IMG/VR virus record: IMGVR_UViG_3300031857_015401
Span: 1-64,000 of that record
Source of the DNA: a virus
DNA length: 64,000 nt
Direction: 5' to 3' (one strand)
The notes beneath the pieces are model-generated. The model had not been told where the DNA came from. It searched no databases and saw only the letters and a list, made by a program, of their open reading frames with translations. Positions 47,443-57,102 of the stretch are shown here, piece by piece (the stretch's first letter is position 1; each line of letters starts with the position of its first letter). Both the position numbers and the translations under genes were made by a program.

Positions 47443-48198
47443 ATGAAAACATATAAATATTCAACAAAGGAAAGAGCAGAAAGGGTTGCAAAAACACTTG
47501 GTTGCTCAGGCTCACACTATCACAATGAAGATGGTAATAGAAAATATATGCCCTGTAAGGACATGAAAACTTTTAAAGAAAAAACAAAAAAAGAAAAAAA
47601 AGGAAAAGAAGAAGAGGTTACTGAATTAATTGATGATGATGGTACTTGGTTAACATCAAGTATTCCTTTATTAGACCCAGCATCAAGTCTAAATGGTCTG
47701 TCTTTTACTGATAGAACTGTTGGTATGTCTAGAATGCCAAGAGACCCTTTATTAAGAGGTTGGTATGGGTATTACGGAGAAGGAACAATCAAAGAGGAAG
47801 ATATGGAAGATGCGTTTGGTTTTGAAGACACTATGTTTATGGATTATAAAGATACTGTAAAACATTTTCAAAAAAAATTAGGGTTAGACAAAGAGGACGC
47901 CGTTGATAGGACCATACAACAAGGTAAAAAACCTAATTTACATAAAAGGACACCAAAAAAAATAAGTAAATTAAAAAACTTTATAGACAGATTAATTTTA
48001 AAAGAAAAAGAAATCGATGAATCTGAGATTGCCGAAGATGTGTTAGTTGATAAAACAAAATCTAATTTTTTAAATAAAAAAGAAAATGAAGATGTTAATA
48101 AATTGATATTAAAAAATATTAATTCATTAAAAAAAATGGCAAGAAATCAAGGAATAACAACACAACAACTTGTAAGATTAATTAGTCGTGAACAGTAA
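47443..48198 (+). CDS. Hypothetical protein with an N-terminal DUF3721-like Cys/His domain
   Basis: YSTKERAERVAKTLGCSGSHYH...YMPC. Confidence 0.6.
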   Translation: MKTYKYSTKERAERVAKTLGCSGSHYHNEDGNRKYMPCKDMKTFKEKTKKEKKGKEEEVTELIDDDGTWLTSSIPLLDPASSLNGLSFTDRTVGMSRMPRDPLLRGWYGYYGEGTIKEEDMEDAFGFEDTMFMDYKDTVKHFQKKLGLDKEDAVDRTIQQGKKPNLHKRTPKKISKLKNFIDRLILKEKEIDESEIAEDVLVDKTKSNFLNKKENEDVNKLILKNINSLKKMARNQGITTQQLVRLISREQ

Positions 48199-48640
48199 TT
48201 TATACAATAGAAAGGCAAAATTACCTGATGATTTGATAAAACATTTAAAACAATGTGCCGGTTCTGTTAGTGCTGATTCAAATACGGAGGGATTTAATAG
48301 AAATAAAGAAATAGTTAGTAGCGGAGTTGTTACTTACCAACAAATAAAAAGAATAAAAAATTGGTTTGATCAATTTACAGGTAAAAAAGAAGATGCTCCT
48401 TTTATTTTAAATGGTGGTGATAGGATGAAATCGTGGTGTGATGAGGTTTTAAGAGTTTGGAGAGACAACGATTCATCTAGTAAAGAACATAAAAGCGATG
48501 CTGGAATGCAAAACCAATATTTAGATTCTCATGAAAAAAATAGTTTTAATCTAAACGATAAACACACAACAACGGTAGATAATTTAAAAGTTGAAAACGA
48601 GATAAAAAGAATAAATAAACTTATAAAAATAATAAATTAA
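48188..48640 (+). CDS. Hypothetical helical protein
   Basis: GTG start overlapping the upstream stop; TYQQIKRIKNWFD...LNGGDRMKSW motif. Confidence 0.65.
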   Translation: MNSNLYNRKAKLPDDLIKHLKQCAGSVSADSNTEGFNRNKEIVSSGVVTYQQIKRIKNWFDQFTGKKEDAPFILNGGDRMKSWCDEVLRVWRDNDSSSKEHKSDAGMQNQYLDSHEKNSFNLNDKHTTTVDNLKVENEIKRINKLIKIIN

Positions 48641-48641
48641 A

Positions 48642-48935
48642 ATGGCGGTACAATCAGATAAAATAGATTTTTCTCAACCTGATAATGAGTTGTCAAGAAT
48701 TGCTGAAGAGCAAAGAAAAAAATTATTTCCAAGAAATGATTTTAAACCAACCGACCCTTATTCGTCAGTTCATCCTGATGCTTTAGCTAATGGTGACAAA
48801 ATTGGTAGGGGGACTGGTGGTGATTTAGATATTTATAACAATAATATTGGAACATCTGATGATGTAACAAAAAGAAAAGAAGAGTTAAAAGTAAATAAAT
48901 ATTCATCTAACAACCCATACTATAACGTTAAATGA
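48642..48935 (+). CDS. Small protein with two N-x-(Y/F) repeats
   Basis: LSRIAEEQRKKLFPRNDFKPTDPY and KRKEELKVNKYSSNNPY. Confidence 0.65.
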   Translation: MAVQSDKIDFSQPDNELSRIAEEQRKKLFPRNDFKPTDPYSSVHPDALANGDKIGRGTGGDLDIYNNNIGTSDDVTKRKEELKVNKYSSNNPYYNVK

Positions 48936-49324
48936 AACTTCTTAACAGTTTAAAAGGTTTGGTTACTGAGGCTGCGGCTCTTGGTGATGTTCAAGATTCT
49001 ATAAAGAAAAAATCTATTATGATTATTTATTACGATGGTGATGATAATGGAGGAAAGGGATATAGAACAATAGAACCTGTATGTTTAGGATATAGTAAAA
49101 GAGGAAATTTAGTACTAAGAGCATGGGAAAGAGAAGGAGCGTCTTGGTCAGAAAAAAATAAAGGAAATATTTTACCTGGTTGGAGGTTATTTAGATTAGA
49201 TAAAATCTTTACATATAAACCAACTATGGATAATTTTATGGATATAAGACCTTACTATAACCCTAATGGTGATAGATCTATGGATAGGGTCTTAATAAAT
49301 GCAAAATTTGATAATATAACATAA
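48932..49324 (+). CDS. Stand-alone WYL-domain protein
   Basis: IIYY...RTIEPVCLG...LVLRAW...WRLFRLDKI is the WYL pattern; no HTH domain. Confidence 0.8.
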   Translation: MKLLNSLKGLVTEAAALGDVQDSIKKKSIMIIYYDGDDNGGKGYRTIEPVCLGYSKRGNLVLRAWEREGASWSEKNKGNILPGWRLFRLDKIFTYKPTMDNFMDIRPYYNPNGDRSMDRVLINAKFDNIT

Positions 49325-49325
49325 T

Positions 49326-49952
49326 ATGGGAACAGCCGAAGATTTGATGCAAAGATTAGCAGTATCAAAAAAAATAATGGAAAAACATAATGAAATAAAA
49401 AGGGGGGACGCTAGATCAATTAACCCATCGGTACAGGAATTTGAACCGGTTTCTGCAAACTATAATATACCGCAAGAATTTATTTCTGAACAAACAACAC
49501 CTAAAAGTACATATGATCCATCACAACCTTTAGATATGGATAGAATTAAAAATTCAAAATTACCTGATGAAATTAAACAACTAATGTTTGAACACCCAAT
49601 AGTACAACCAAGCTCAATTGGTGCCACCGCATTGTCTGATGAAGTTATTGAGGGAGCACAAAGACTAATGGGTAAAACTAATAAAATCACAGAACAACCT
49701 AAAGAAATAAAAACCCAAACAACAAAAATTATTACTGAAAATCATACAAATTCTAATATTAATGTTTCAGAAATTAAAAATATGATTAGAGATGTTGTTA
49801 GAGATACAGTTAGAGATGTTGTTAGAGAAGAACTAAAAGATGCCGGCATGTTAGTAGAATCAACACAAAATTCAAACGAAACAATACAATTTAAAGTTGG
49901 TCAACATTTGTTTATTGGTAAAGTAACAAAAATTAAAAAATTAGAAAAATAA
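49326..49952 (+). CDS. Hypothetical protein
   Basis: 208-aa ORF with IKNSKLPDEIKQLM and IRDVVRDTVRDVVREEL; last gene before a terminator. Confidence 0.7.
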   Translation: MGTAEDLMQRLAVSKKIMEKHNEIKRGDARSINPSVQEFEPVSANYNIPQEFISEQTTPKSTYDPSQPLDMDRIKNSKLPDEIKQLMFEHPIVQPSSIGATALSDEVIEGAQRLMGKTNKITEQPKEIKTQTTKIITENHTNSNINVSEIKNMIRDVVRDTVRDVVREELKDAGMLVESTQNSNETIQFKVGQHLFIGKVTKIKKLEK

Positions 49953-49972
49953 TATTATTTGAGTATCATCTG

Positions 49973-50005
49973 AAATCCACTCCAAAAGGGTGGATTTTTT
50001 GTTTT
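49973..50005 (+). terminator. Intrinsic terminator ending the WYL unit
   Basis: AAATCCACTC-CAAAA-GGGTGGATTT followed by TTTGTTTT. Confidence 0.8.
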
Positions 50006-50039
50006 ATATTTTTTATATTTTATTTAAATTATATTTTAA

Positions 50040-51251
50040 ATGAAAAAAATAAAAGTATTAGTACTCCCATCAGACCGCACGGGAGTTGGAAAATTTAGGT
50101 CTGTTGATCCTCATGTAATGTTACAAAATAATCATTCAGACGAATTTCACGTAGATATTGATTACGAACCAAAAATTAATGATATAAATTATTGGAAACA
50201 ATATGATATTGTTCATTTTCATAGATCCATTGGCCAAGATTATAACCAAGCACCGAATATTATTAAAAATTTAAACGCTTTAGGTATTGTAACAATTATG
50301 GATTTGGATGATTATTGGTTACCTACTAAAGAACACCCAGTACATCAGTTAGTAGTTCAAAATAAGTTACATGAAAAAATTATGGATAACTTAAAAGTTG
50401 CAGGTCATGTAACGACAACAACGTCTATTTTTGCTACAGAAATATCTAAACTTAATAAGAATGTTTATGTGTTACCAAACGCAATAAATCCAAACGAGCA
50501 ACAGTTTAAAGCAGAAACATTACCTTCAGATAAGTTAAGATTTGGTTGGTTAGGTGGTTCTTCACATTTACACGACTTAAAATTATTAGACGGTACAATT
50601 AATAAATTAAAACCGTATAACGATAAGTTTAGTATGTACCTTTGTGGTTTTGATATTAGAGGTAGTGTTACAGAAATAAATAAAGAAACTGGAGAACAAA
50701 AACAAAGACCAATTAGACCTGAAGAAACTGTTTGGGCTCGTTACGAAGAAATATTCACAGATAACTATAGAATGGTTACTCCTGAACATAAAGATTTTTT
50801 AATGAAATTTAAAGAAGAAGATTACGTTTCTGATGTCTTACCTTTCTATAATAGAATTTGGACAAAACCTGTAACGAGTTATGCTGCAAATTATAGATGG
50901 TTTGACGTTTCATTAGCACCAATTAAAAACCATATCTTTAATAGAGTTAAGTCACAATTAAAAGTAATTGAAGCAGGGTTTTATAAAAAAGCATTAATCG
51001 CATCTAATGTTGGTCCTTACACAATTGATTTAAAACATTCTTTAAAAAATGGTGAATTTACTGATGGAAATGCGCTTTTAGTGGATGAGGTAAGAAATGG
51101 TGATTGGTCTAAATACATGAAAAAATTAATTGACAACCCTAATTTCGCGTATGATTTAGGCCAACGTCTTTATGAAACAGTTAAAGACACATACGACTTA
51201 AATAAAGTAACAAAAGATAGAGCAGAATTATATAAAACACTTGTAAAATGA
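50040..51251 (+). CDS. Glycosyltransferase, GT-B fold (GT4-like)
   Basis: GVGKFR...P, MDLDDYW, LPNAI, GWLGGSSHLHD, DVSLAP...FNRVKSQLKVIEAG...IASNVGPY. Confidence 0.85.
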   Translation: MKKIKVLVLPSDRTGVGKFRSVDPHVMLQNNHSDEFHVDIDYEPKINDINYWKQYDIVHFHRSIGQDYNQAPNIIKNLNALGIVTIMDLDDYWLPTKEHPVHQLVVQNKLHEKIMDNLKVAGHVTTTTSIFATEISKLNKNVYVLPNAINPNEQQFKAETLPSDKLRFGWLGGSSHLHDLKLLDGTINKLKPYNDKFSMYLCGFDIRGSVTEINKETGEQKQRPIRPEETVWARYEEIFTDNYRMVTPEHKDFLMKFKEEDYVSDVLPFYNRIWTKPVTSYAANYRWFDVSLAPIKNHIFNRVKSQLKVIEAGFYKKALIASNVGPYTIDLKHSLKNGEFTDGNALLVDEVRNGDWSKYMKKLIDNPNFAYDLGQRLYETVKDTYDLNKVTKDRAELYKTLVK

Positions 51252-51967
51252 TAAACATACCTATAACAAAAATTTTATTCTTGGATATTGAAACCGTTGG
51301 TGGTTGTCCTGATTTAGAATCTTGTGAAAGATTTAGTCCTGAAATTGCAGAACAATTTCATAAATATTTTGATTGGTTTATTAAAAGGTTTCCTGAAGAT
51401 AATACAATAGGTAAATCTGAAATAGAATTAAAAAATGAGGTGTTTAAAAAGAGATCCGCTCTTGTTCCTGAATTTGCAAAAATTGTTTGTGTTTCTATGG
51501 CGTTTGTATTGGATAACGGAGAAATTAAAAAACAAACATTTTCAGGTGACGATGAAAAAGAATTATTGTTACAAGTAAGAAATCTTTTGGATAGATGTCA
51601 AAAGTTAGATTTTTATTTATGTGGACATAATCTTAAAAATTTTGATATTCCTATGATGGCAAAAAGAATGATTATTAATGGTATTATGCCATCAAAACTT
51701 CTTCCATCGTATGATACAAAACCTTGGGAGGTAAAAGCGATTGACACAAAAGAAATATGGCAATATGGAGCATACACGGCCATTGGATCATTAGATTTAG
51801 TTTGTTCAACAATGGGAATACCAACACCAAAAGATGGTGAAGTCACTGGAGATAAAGTTCATCACGCTTATTGGGTGGAACAAAAATTACCACAAATTTC
51901 AGAATATTGTGAAAAAGATGTTAATGTATTAATTGAATTTATAAAAAAACTAAAAGAATTAAAGTAA
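51248..51967 (+). CDS. PolB-related stand-alone 3'-5' exonuclease (DEDDy)
   Basis: FLDIET, GHNLKNFDIP and YCEKDV motifs. Confidence 0.85.
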   Translation: MINIPITKILFLDIETVGGCPDLESCERFSPEIAEQFHKYFDWFIKRFPEDNTIGKSEIELKNEVFKKRSALVPEFAKIVCVSMAFVLDNGEIKKQTFSGDDEKELLLQVRNLLDRCQKLDFYLCGHNLKNFDIPMMAKRMIINGIMPSKLLPSYDTKPWEVKAIDTKEIWQYGAYTAIGSLDLVCSTMGIPTPKDGEVTGDKVHHAYWVEQKLPQISEYCEKDVNVLIEFIKKLKELK

Positions 51968-52572
51968 TGATTGAAAAAGTTAAAGATTTACAAAACAAAT
52001 TAAAATTAATCCAAGACCTAAAATCTAGTTTTTTGGAACGTGAAGATTTTTCTGAAGATGAACCAAAAACAATTGAAGAATTAGGTATTGATGAAGATAT
52101 GATATCAAAACATTTTGAAGATCAAATGATAAAAAAAGTTTCTTTAGAATATACAAATTCTTCTGATAATAAAGAACCTGAATACGCTTACGGGTCCGAC
52201 TCTGGTTTTGATTTAAGATCAACCGAAGAATTATGGGTACAAGGAAATGATAGAAAATTAATACCGACAGGTCTAAGATTTGATATTCCTGATGGGTATG
52301 AAATACAAGTAAGAAGTAAAAGTGGTTTAGCATTAAATCAAGGACTAATGGTTTTAAATTCGCCAGGCACTGTGGATAGTGGATATCAGGGTGAAATTAA
52401 AGTTATTTTATTTAACACAACAAAAGAAAGAATTAAAATAGAAAAGGGTCAAAAAATTGCACAAGCAGTTCTTTGTCCTGTAATTAATGGAAAATGGATT
52501 AACTTAGTTAAAGTTGAAGAGATTGGTGAGAAAGATAGAAACGATAAAGGATTTGGTAGTACTGGTTTATGA
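51967..52572 (+). CDS. dut: Trimeric dUTPase
   Basis: SGFDL, RSKSGLA, GTVDSGYQGEI, KIAQAV and RNDKGFGSTG motifs. Confidence 0.95.
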   Translation: MIEKVKDLQNKLKLIQDLKSSFLEREDFSEDEPKTIEELGIDEDMISKHFEDQMIKKVSLEYTNSSDNKEPEYAYGSDSGFDLRSTEELWVQGNDRKLIPTGLRFDIPDGYEIQVRSKSGLALNQGLMVLNSPGTVDSGYQGEIKVILFNTTKERIKIEKGQKIAQAVLCPVINGKWINLVKVEEIGEKDRNDKGFGSTGL

Positions 52573-54206
52573 TTACAATAGGATTTTCTACAAGAAAAAT
52601 TGATAATGATTTTGTTGAGTTGTTAAAAAAAACTTCAGGGATACCTAAATGTGAAATTGTACCGGTCGAAAATAACGGTCAGTTTTCATTAACTGAAGTT
52701 TATAATAAAATAATAAACGACTCTTCAAACGATATTGTGGTATTGTGTCATGATGATATATATTTTGATACCAAAAATTGGGGAAATAAAATTTTAAACC
52801 ATTTTAAAAGAAATAAAGATTATGGTGTATTAGGTTTGGCTGGAACAACTAATATGCCAAAATCAGCAAAATGGTGGGAAGACTTTTCAAAAATGAAAGG
52901 TATTGTAAATCATGAACATGAAGGTAAAAAATGGGAATCAAAATATTCGGCAAGTAAAGGAAACCAATTAGACGACGTTGTTTTAGTTGATGGTCTTTTT
53001 ATTGTTATTAACAAACAAAATATTAAAAAAAATTTTAATGAAGGCATAAAAGGATTTCATTTTTATGATGTTGATTTTTCTTTTAGAAATTTTATAGACG
53101 GTGTTAAAATTGGTGTTATGTATGATGTCAGAGTCACCCATAAATCAATTGGTCAAACAAACGAACAGTGGGAAAAAAATAGAGAGGTGTTCGCTGAAAA
53201 ATATAAAGACATATTACCCGTTAAGGTTAAAAGAAATTTGAACATAGATTCACCATTAAAAGTTTTACTTTCTTGTTTATTTTTTAAAACATTTACCGGT
53301 TCAGAAATGTATGTTTATGAATTAGCAAGAGGTTTAAAAAAATTAAATTGTGATGTTACTGTTTTATCTGACATTAATGGACCGTTATCACAAATTGCAA
53401 AATCACAAGGGATTAAAGTTTTAGGTTTTAACGACGCCCCCGGTTATAAAATGGGAGACGGAAAATGGGGATTTAATACTCCACAAGGAGTTCAACCATC
53501 ACAACCAAATATGTTATATAAAATGGGTGAGGTTGATTTTGACATTATCCATACACAACATACACCAATAACAAACCAAATGTGTCAAATGTACCCAAAC
53601 GTTGATAAAATATCAACAATACATTCTGAAGTTATAGAATTAGAAAATCCGGTTTTAAATGAATCAATCAAAAAATATATTTGTATTAGACCTGAAATAC
53701 AAGAACATATTACAAATAATTTTAACATCGACATTAATAACACTGAAGTGATTTACAACCCAATAGATACTGATAGATTTAACACAAAAAATACAAAAGA
53801 CGATGGGTATATTTTATTTGTTGGGACGTTAGATTATTTAAGAGAAAACACAATTAAAGATTTAGTTGAATATACAAAATCAATAGGTAAAGAATTTTGG
53901 TTGGTTGGTGAAAATAAATCAAACTATTTAGAAGATTTATTAAAATCAGAACACGTAAAACATTATGATGCAACAAATAAAGTTGAGAATTTTGTAAAAA
54001 ATTGTAGTGAGACTGCGGGCATACTTTTAGGAAGAACAACTATTGAGGGTTGGATGTGTGGAAAACCTGGTTGGATTTATAATGTAGATGAATCTGGATA
54101 TATTTTAAATAAAGAAAAGTTTGACATTCCTAAAGATATTAATAAATTTAATTCTTTAGAAGTATCAAAAAAAATAAAAGAAGAGTATATAAAAATTTTA
54201 AACTAA
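52569..54206 (+). CDS. Two-domain glycosyltransferase (GT2-like N-terminus plus GT4-like C-terminus)
   Basis: CHDDI and FHFYDVDFS (GT-A); TGSEMYVYELARGL, IYNPID and GRTTIEGWMCGKP (GT-B). Confidence 0.85.
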   Translation: MITIGFSTRKIDNDFVELLKKTSGIPKCEIVPVENNGQFSLTEVYNKIINDSSNDIVVLCHDDIYFDTKNWGNKILNHFKRNKDYGVLGLAGTTNMPKSAKWWEDFSKMKGIVNHEHEGKKWESKYSASKGNQLDDVVLVDGLFIVINKQNIKKNFNEGIKGFHFYDVDFSFRNFIDGVKIGVMYDVRVTHKSIGQTNEQWEKNREVFAEKYKDILPVKVKRNLNIDSPLKVLLSCLFFKTFTGSEMYVYELARGLKKLNCDVTVLSDINGPLSQIAKSQGIKVLGFNDAPGYKMGDGKWGFNTPQGVQPSQPNMLYKMGEVDFDIIHTQHTPITNQMCQMYPNVDKISTIHSEVIELENPVLNESIKKYICIRPEIQEHITNNFNIDINNTEVIYNPIDTDRFNTKNTKDDGYILFVGTLDYLRENTIKDLVEYTKSIGKEFWLVGENKSNYLEDLLKSEHVKHYDATNKVENFVKNCSETAGILLGRTTIEGWMCGKPGWIYNVDESGYILNKEKFDIPKDINKFNSLEVSKKIKEEYIKILN

Positions 54207-55210
54207 TGAAAATATTATTTTGTCTTGGGACTAGGCCTGAGTGGTTAAAAATAAAACCCCTTATAAATATTTTAGATAAAAAAAATTACGATATTTTTTT
54301 TACTGGTCAACATCAAGATTTATTAAAAGACTTAGAATTTGATTACAACGTTAATGTTATAAACAATAAAAATCGACTTGATGATATTATTATTTCATGT
54401 ATGTTAAATTTTCCTACAGAAAAATACGATTACGTTTTAGTACAAGGAGACACTGGTTCTGCCTTAGGGTGTGCGTTGGCAGCATATAATAGAAAAATAA
54501 AATTAATACATTTAGAAGCAGGACTTAGAACTTATGATTTAGAAAACCCATATCCCGAAGAGTCTTATAGACAAATAATATCAAGAATATCGTCAATTAA
54601 TTTATGTCCAACAAACGTTTCTTTTAATAATTTAACAAATGAAAAAGTTTCGGGTAAAACATATGTTGTTGGTAACACTGTTTTAGATAATTTAATAGAT
54701 TTAAAAGAAAAATCTAATTATGGTGATGACGTTTTAGTTACTTTACATAGAAGAGAAAACCATGACATTATGGATAGATGGTTTTTAGAATTAAATAAAC
54801 TATCAAAAAAGTACCCTAATTTAAATTTTATTTTACCAATACACCCAAACCCAAATGTTCAAAAATACAAAAACATTTTAGATAAAAAAATTAAAGTTGT
54901 TAATCCATTATCACACGGTGATTTAATTAAAATTTTATTAAATTGTAAATTTGTTATTACTGATAGTGGAGGTATTCAAGAAGAAGCAACATTTTTAAAT
55001 AAAAAATCTATAGTTTGTAGAAAAACAACAGAAAGACCTGAAGGTATAAGTACCGGTCATTTATTTTTATGTAATGAAACAAAAAATTTAGATGAGTTGG
55101 TTTACATAATTAATAAAAATTATTATATTAATAATGAATGTCCATATGGTAATGGAACTTCATCAAAGCAAATAATAGAAATTTTAAAAAATGATTACAG
55201 TAATCCTTAA
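54206..55210 (+). CDS. wecB: UDP-N-acetylglucosamine 2-epimerase (non-hydrolysing)
   Basis: GTRPE, TGQH, QGDT, HLEAGLR, TLHRREN, TDSGGIQEEA and TERPEG motifs. Confidence 0.93.
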   Translation: MKILFCLGTRPEWLKIKPLINILDKKNYDIFFTGQHQDLLKDLEFDYNVNVINNKNRLDDIIISCMLNFPTEKYDYVLVQGDTGSALGCALAAYNRKIKLIHLEAGLRTYDLENPYPEESYRQIISRISSINLCPTNVSFNNLTNEKVSGKTYVVGNTVLDNLIDLKEKSNYGDDVLVTLHRRENHDIMDRWFLELNKLSKKYPNLNFILPIHPNPNVQKYKNILDKKIKVVNPLSHGDLIKILLNCKFVITDSGGIQEEATFLNKKSIVCRKTTERPEGISTGHLFLCNETKNLDELVYIINKNYYINNECPYGNGTSSKQIIEILKNDYSNP

Positions 55211-55919
55211 TGGTTATAAAAGATCTTCTCATTTTGAGAGACAATTAAATGCAATAAAGTCACAAACATTAAGACCTAAAGAAATAATGTTATGGCAAAA
55301 TAAAGGTGAGGATTTTGAGATATCTTTAACCGAACAAACAACACACGCAAATTGTAATAAAAATTTAGGTGTTTGGGCTAGATTTGCATTTGCATTAAAT
55401 GCAAAAACAGAATATGTTTGTATTTTTGATGATGACACAATACCTGGTACAAAATGGTTAGAAAACTGTTATAATACAATACAAACAAATGATGGTTTAT
55501 TAGGAACTATTGGTGTAAAATTTTTAGATAAAAATAATTACGTTTCTAATGTTAGGGTTGGTTGGGACAGACCAAATAATCAAACAGAAGTAGTTGATAT
55601 TGTTGGTCATTCTTGGTTTTTTAAAAGAGAAGATTTGGCAACTTTTTGGAGAGAGTTACCTGATTTAAATCACAATACTTTAGTTGGTGAGGATATGCAT
55701 TTTTCATACACGTTACAAAAGTACACAAATAAAAAAACATACGTTCCTCCGCACCCACCGTCTGATATGGAAATGTGGGGTAGTAAACCTGACACCGCAT
55801 GGACAATTGGTACGGATTCGGCAGCAATATCAAAAGATTGGTCAAACATGAACGCTATGAACCAAGCGTTTATAGGATATATAAATAAAGGATTTAAAAT
55901 ATTAAAAGATAATATATGA
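55191..55919 (+). CDS. GT-A fold glycosyltransferase
   Basis: ITVILNGYKR, IFDDD and GEDMHFS motifs. Confidence 0.78.
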   Translation: MITVILNGYKRSSHFERQLNAIKSQTLRPKEIMLWQNKGEDFEISLTEQTTHANCNKNLGVWARFAFALNAKTEYVCIFDDDTIPGTKWLENCYNTIQTNDGLLGTIGVKFLDKNNYVSNVRVGWDRPNNQTEVVDIVGHSWFFKREDLATFWRELPDLNHNTLVGEDMHFSYTLQKYTNKKTYVPPHPPSDMEMWGSKPDTAWTIGTDSAAISKDWSNMNAMNQAFIGYINKGFKILKDNI

Positions 55920-56704
55920 AAACATTTATATCGGACTTTAATAAAATTAAAAAATTTATTGAAAATAACGTAAATTTTTCATTTACAAGATTTTCTGATG
56001 GAGAACTTTTTGTATTACAAAACAAAAGATTAGAACTTAATGAGGATCATTATATTATTGGAAACAGTAGAGGAGGTGGGTGGTACAATAAAGAAGAACA
56101 AAAAACTTTTATACCTGGTGAACATGAATTTTATAGAAAAAAATTAGAAGAGTCTCTACAATGCAATTTACCTAATTTTTATCGTGGCATATGTACAAGA
56201 CCTGATGTTGATTTAGAAACCTTTAATTGGATGGTTAATTTAGCAGGTGGAGATAGTGAAACACTTACTTGGTCTAATCTACTAATAAATGGTAATTACG
56301 AAAGATATTTAAATGAAATAGTTCCTTTATTTAAAAACAAAGAAATTATTTTTATTGTTAATGAAAGTGCTAATTTTGATAAATTACCTTTTATAGTTAA
56401 AAAAGATTTTAGAGTTGGTACAAACTGTTTTATTAATAATTATGACTTAATAGAAACAATTAAATCTTATATTATTGAAAACAATATTGAAAATCATTTA
56501 TTTTTGGTTTCAGCGGCTAGTTTTAGTAATTTATTAATTCACGAATTACATAAATTATCAAATAAAAACACATATTTAGAAATTGGTAGTACGTTGAATC
56601 CATTGATGGGTATGGAAGGTTGGAAAGGTAGTCGTGGTTATTTACGAGAATATTGGTTGGGTCAAAATAGAAATTATTTAAATATGGATTGTTTATGGAA
56701 TTAA
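55916..56704 (+). CDS. GT-D-fold (DUF1792-like) glycosyltransferase
   Basis: FSFTRFSDGE at the N-terminus and LEIGSTL..near the C-terminus. Confidence 0.65.
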   Translation: MKTFISDFNKIKKFIENNVNFSFTRFSDGELFVLQNKRLELNEDHYIIGNSRGGGWYNKEEQKTFIPGEHEFYRKKLEESLQCNLPNFYRGICTRPDVDLETFNWMVNLAGGDSETLTWSNLLINGNYERYLNEIVPLFKNKEIIFIVNESANFDKLPFIVKKDFRVGTNCFINNYDLIETIKSYIIENNIENHLFLVSAASFSNLLIHELHKLSNKNTYLEIGSTLNPLMGMEGWKGSRGYLREYWLGQNRNYLNMDCLWN

Positions 56705-57102
56705 AATTAGTTAAAAACAAAAAAAAATATTACGAATTTATTCGTAATATGAGGATACATCCTGATAACGAGTCGGGATTTTTAGAAAAAGTCAACATAA
56801 CTTCAGAACAACAAGAAAATTATATGAAAAAATATAATGATTGTTATTATGTTGCCATTTTAAATGAAAGTCCTGTTGGGTATGTTGGTGTTGTTGACAA
56901 TGATATAAGAATTTGTACAGACCCTTCATATAAAAAAACAGGTGCCGGAACTTTTATGTTAAATGAAATAATGAAATTATATCCAAATGCAACTGCAAAA
57001 ATATTAAAAGATAATGTTGCAAGTTTGTCTCTTTTTAAAAAATGTAATTTTACTATTGTTAATGACGATGAAAATCTTTATTATTTAAAATATGGAATAT
57101 AG
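56689..57102 (+). CDS. GNAT N-acetyltransferase (PseH-like)
   Basis: VGYVG, YKKTGAGTFML and NVASLSLFKKCNF motifs; next to an aminotransferase. Confidence 0.78.
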   Translation: MFMELKLVKNKKKYYEFIRNMRIHPDNESGFLEKVNITSEQQENYMKKYNDCYYVAILNESPVGYVGVVDNDIRICTDPSYKKTGAGTFMLNEIMKLYPNATAKILKDNVASLSLFKKCNFTIVNDDENLYYLKYGI

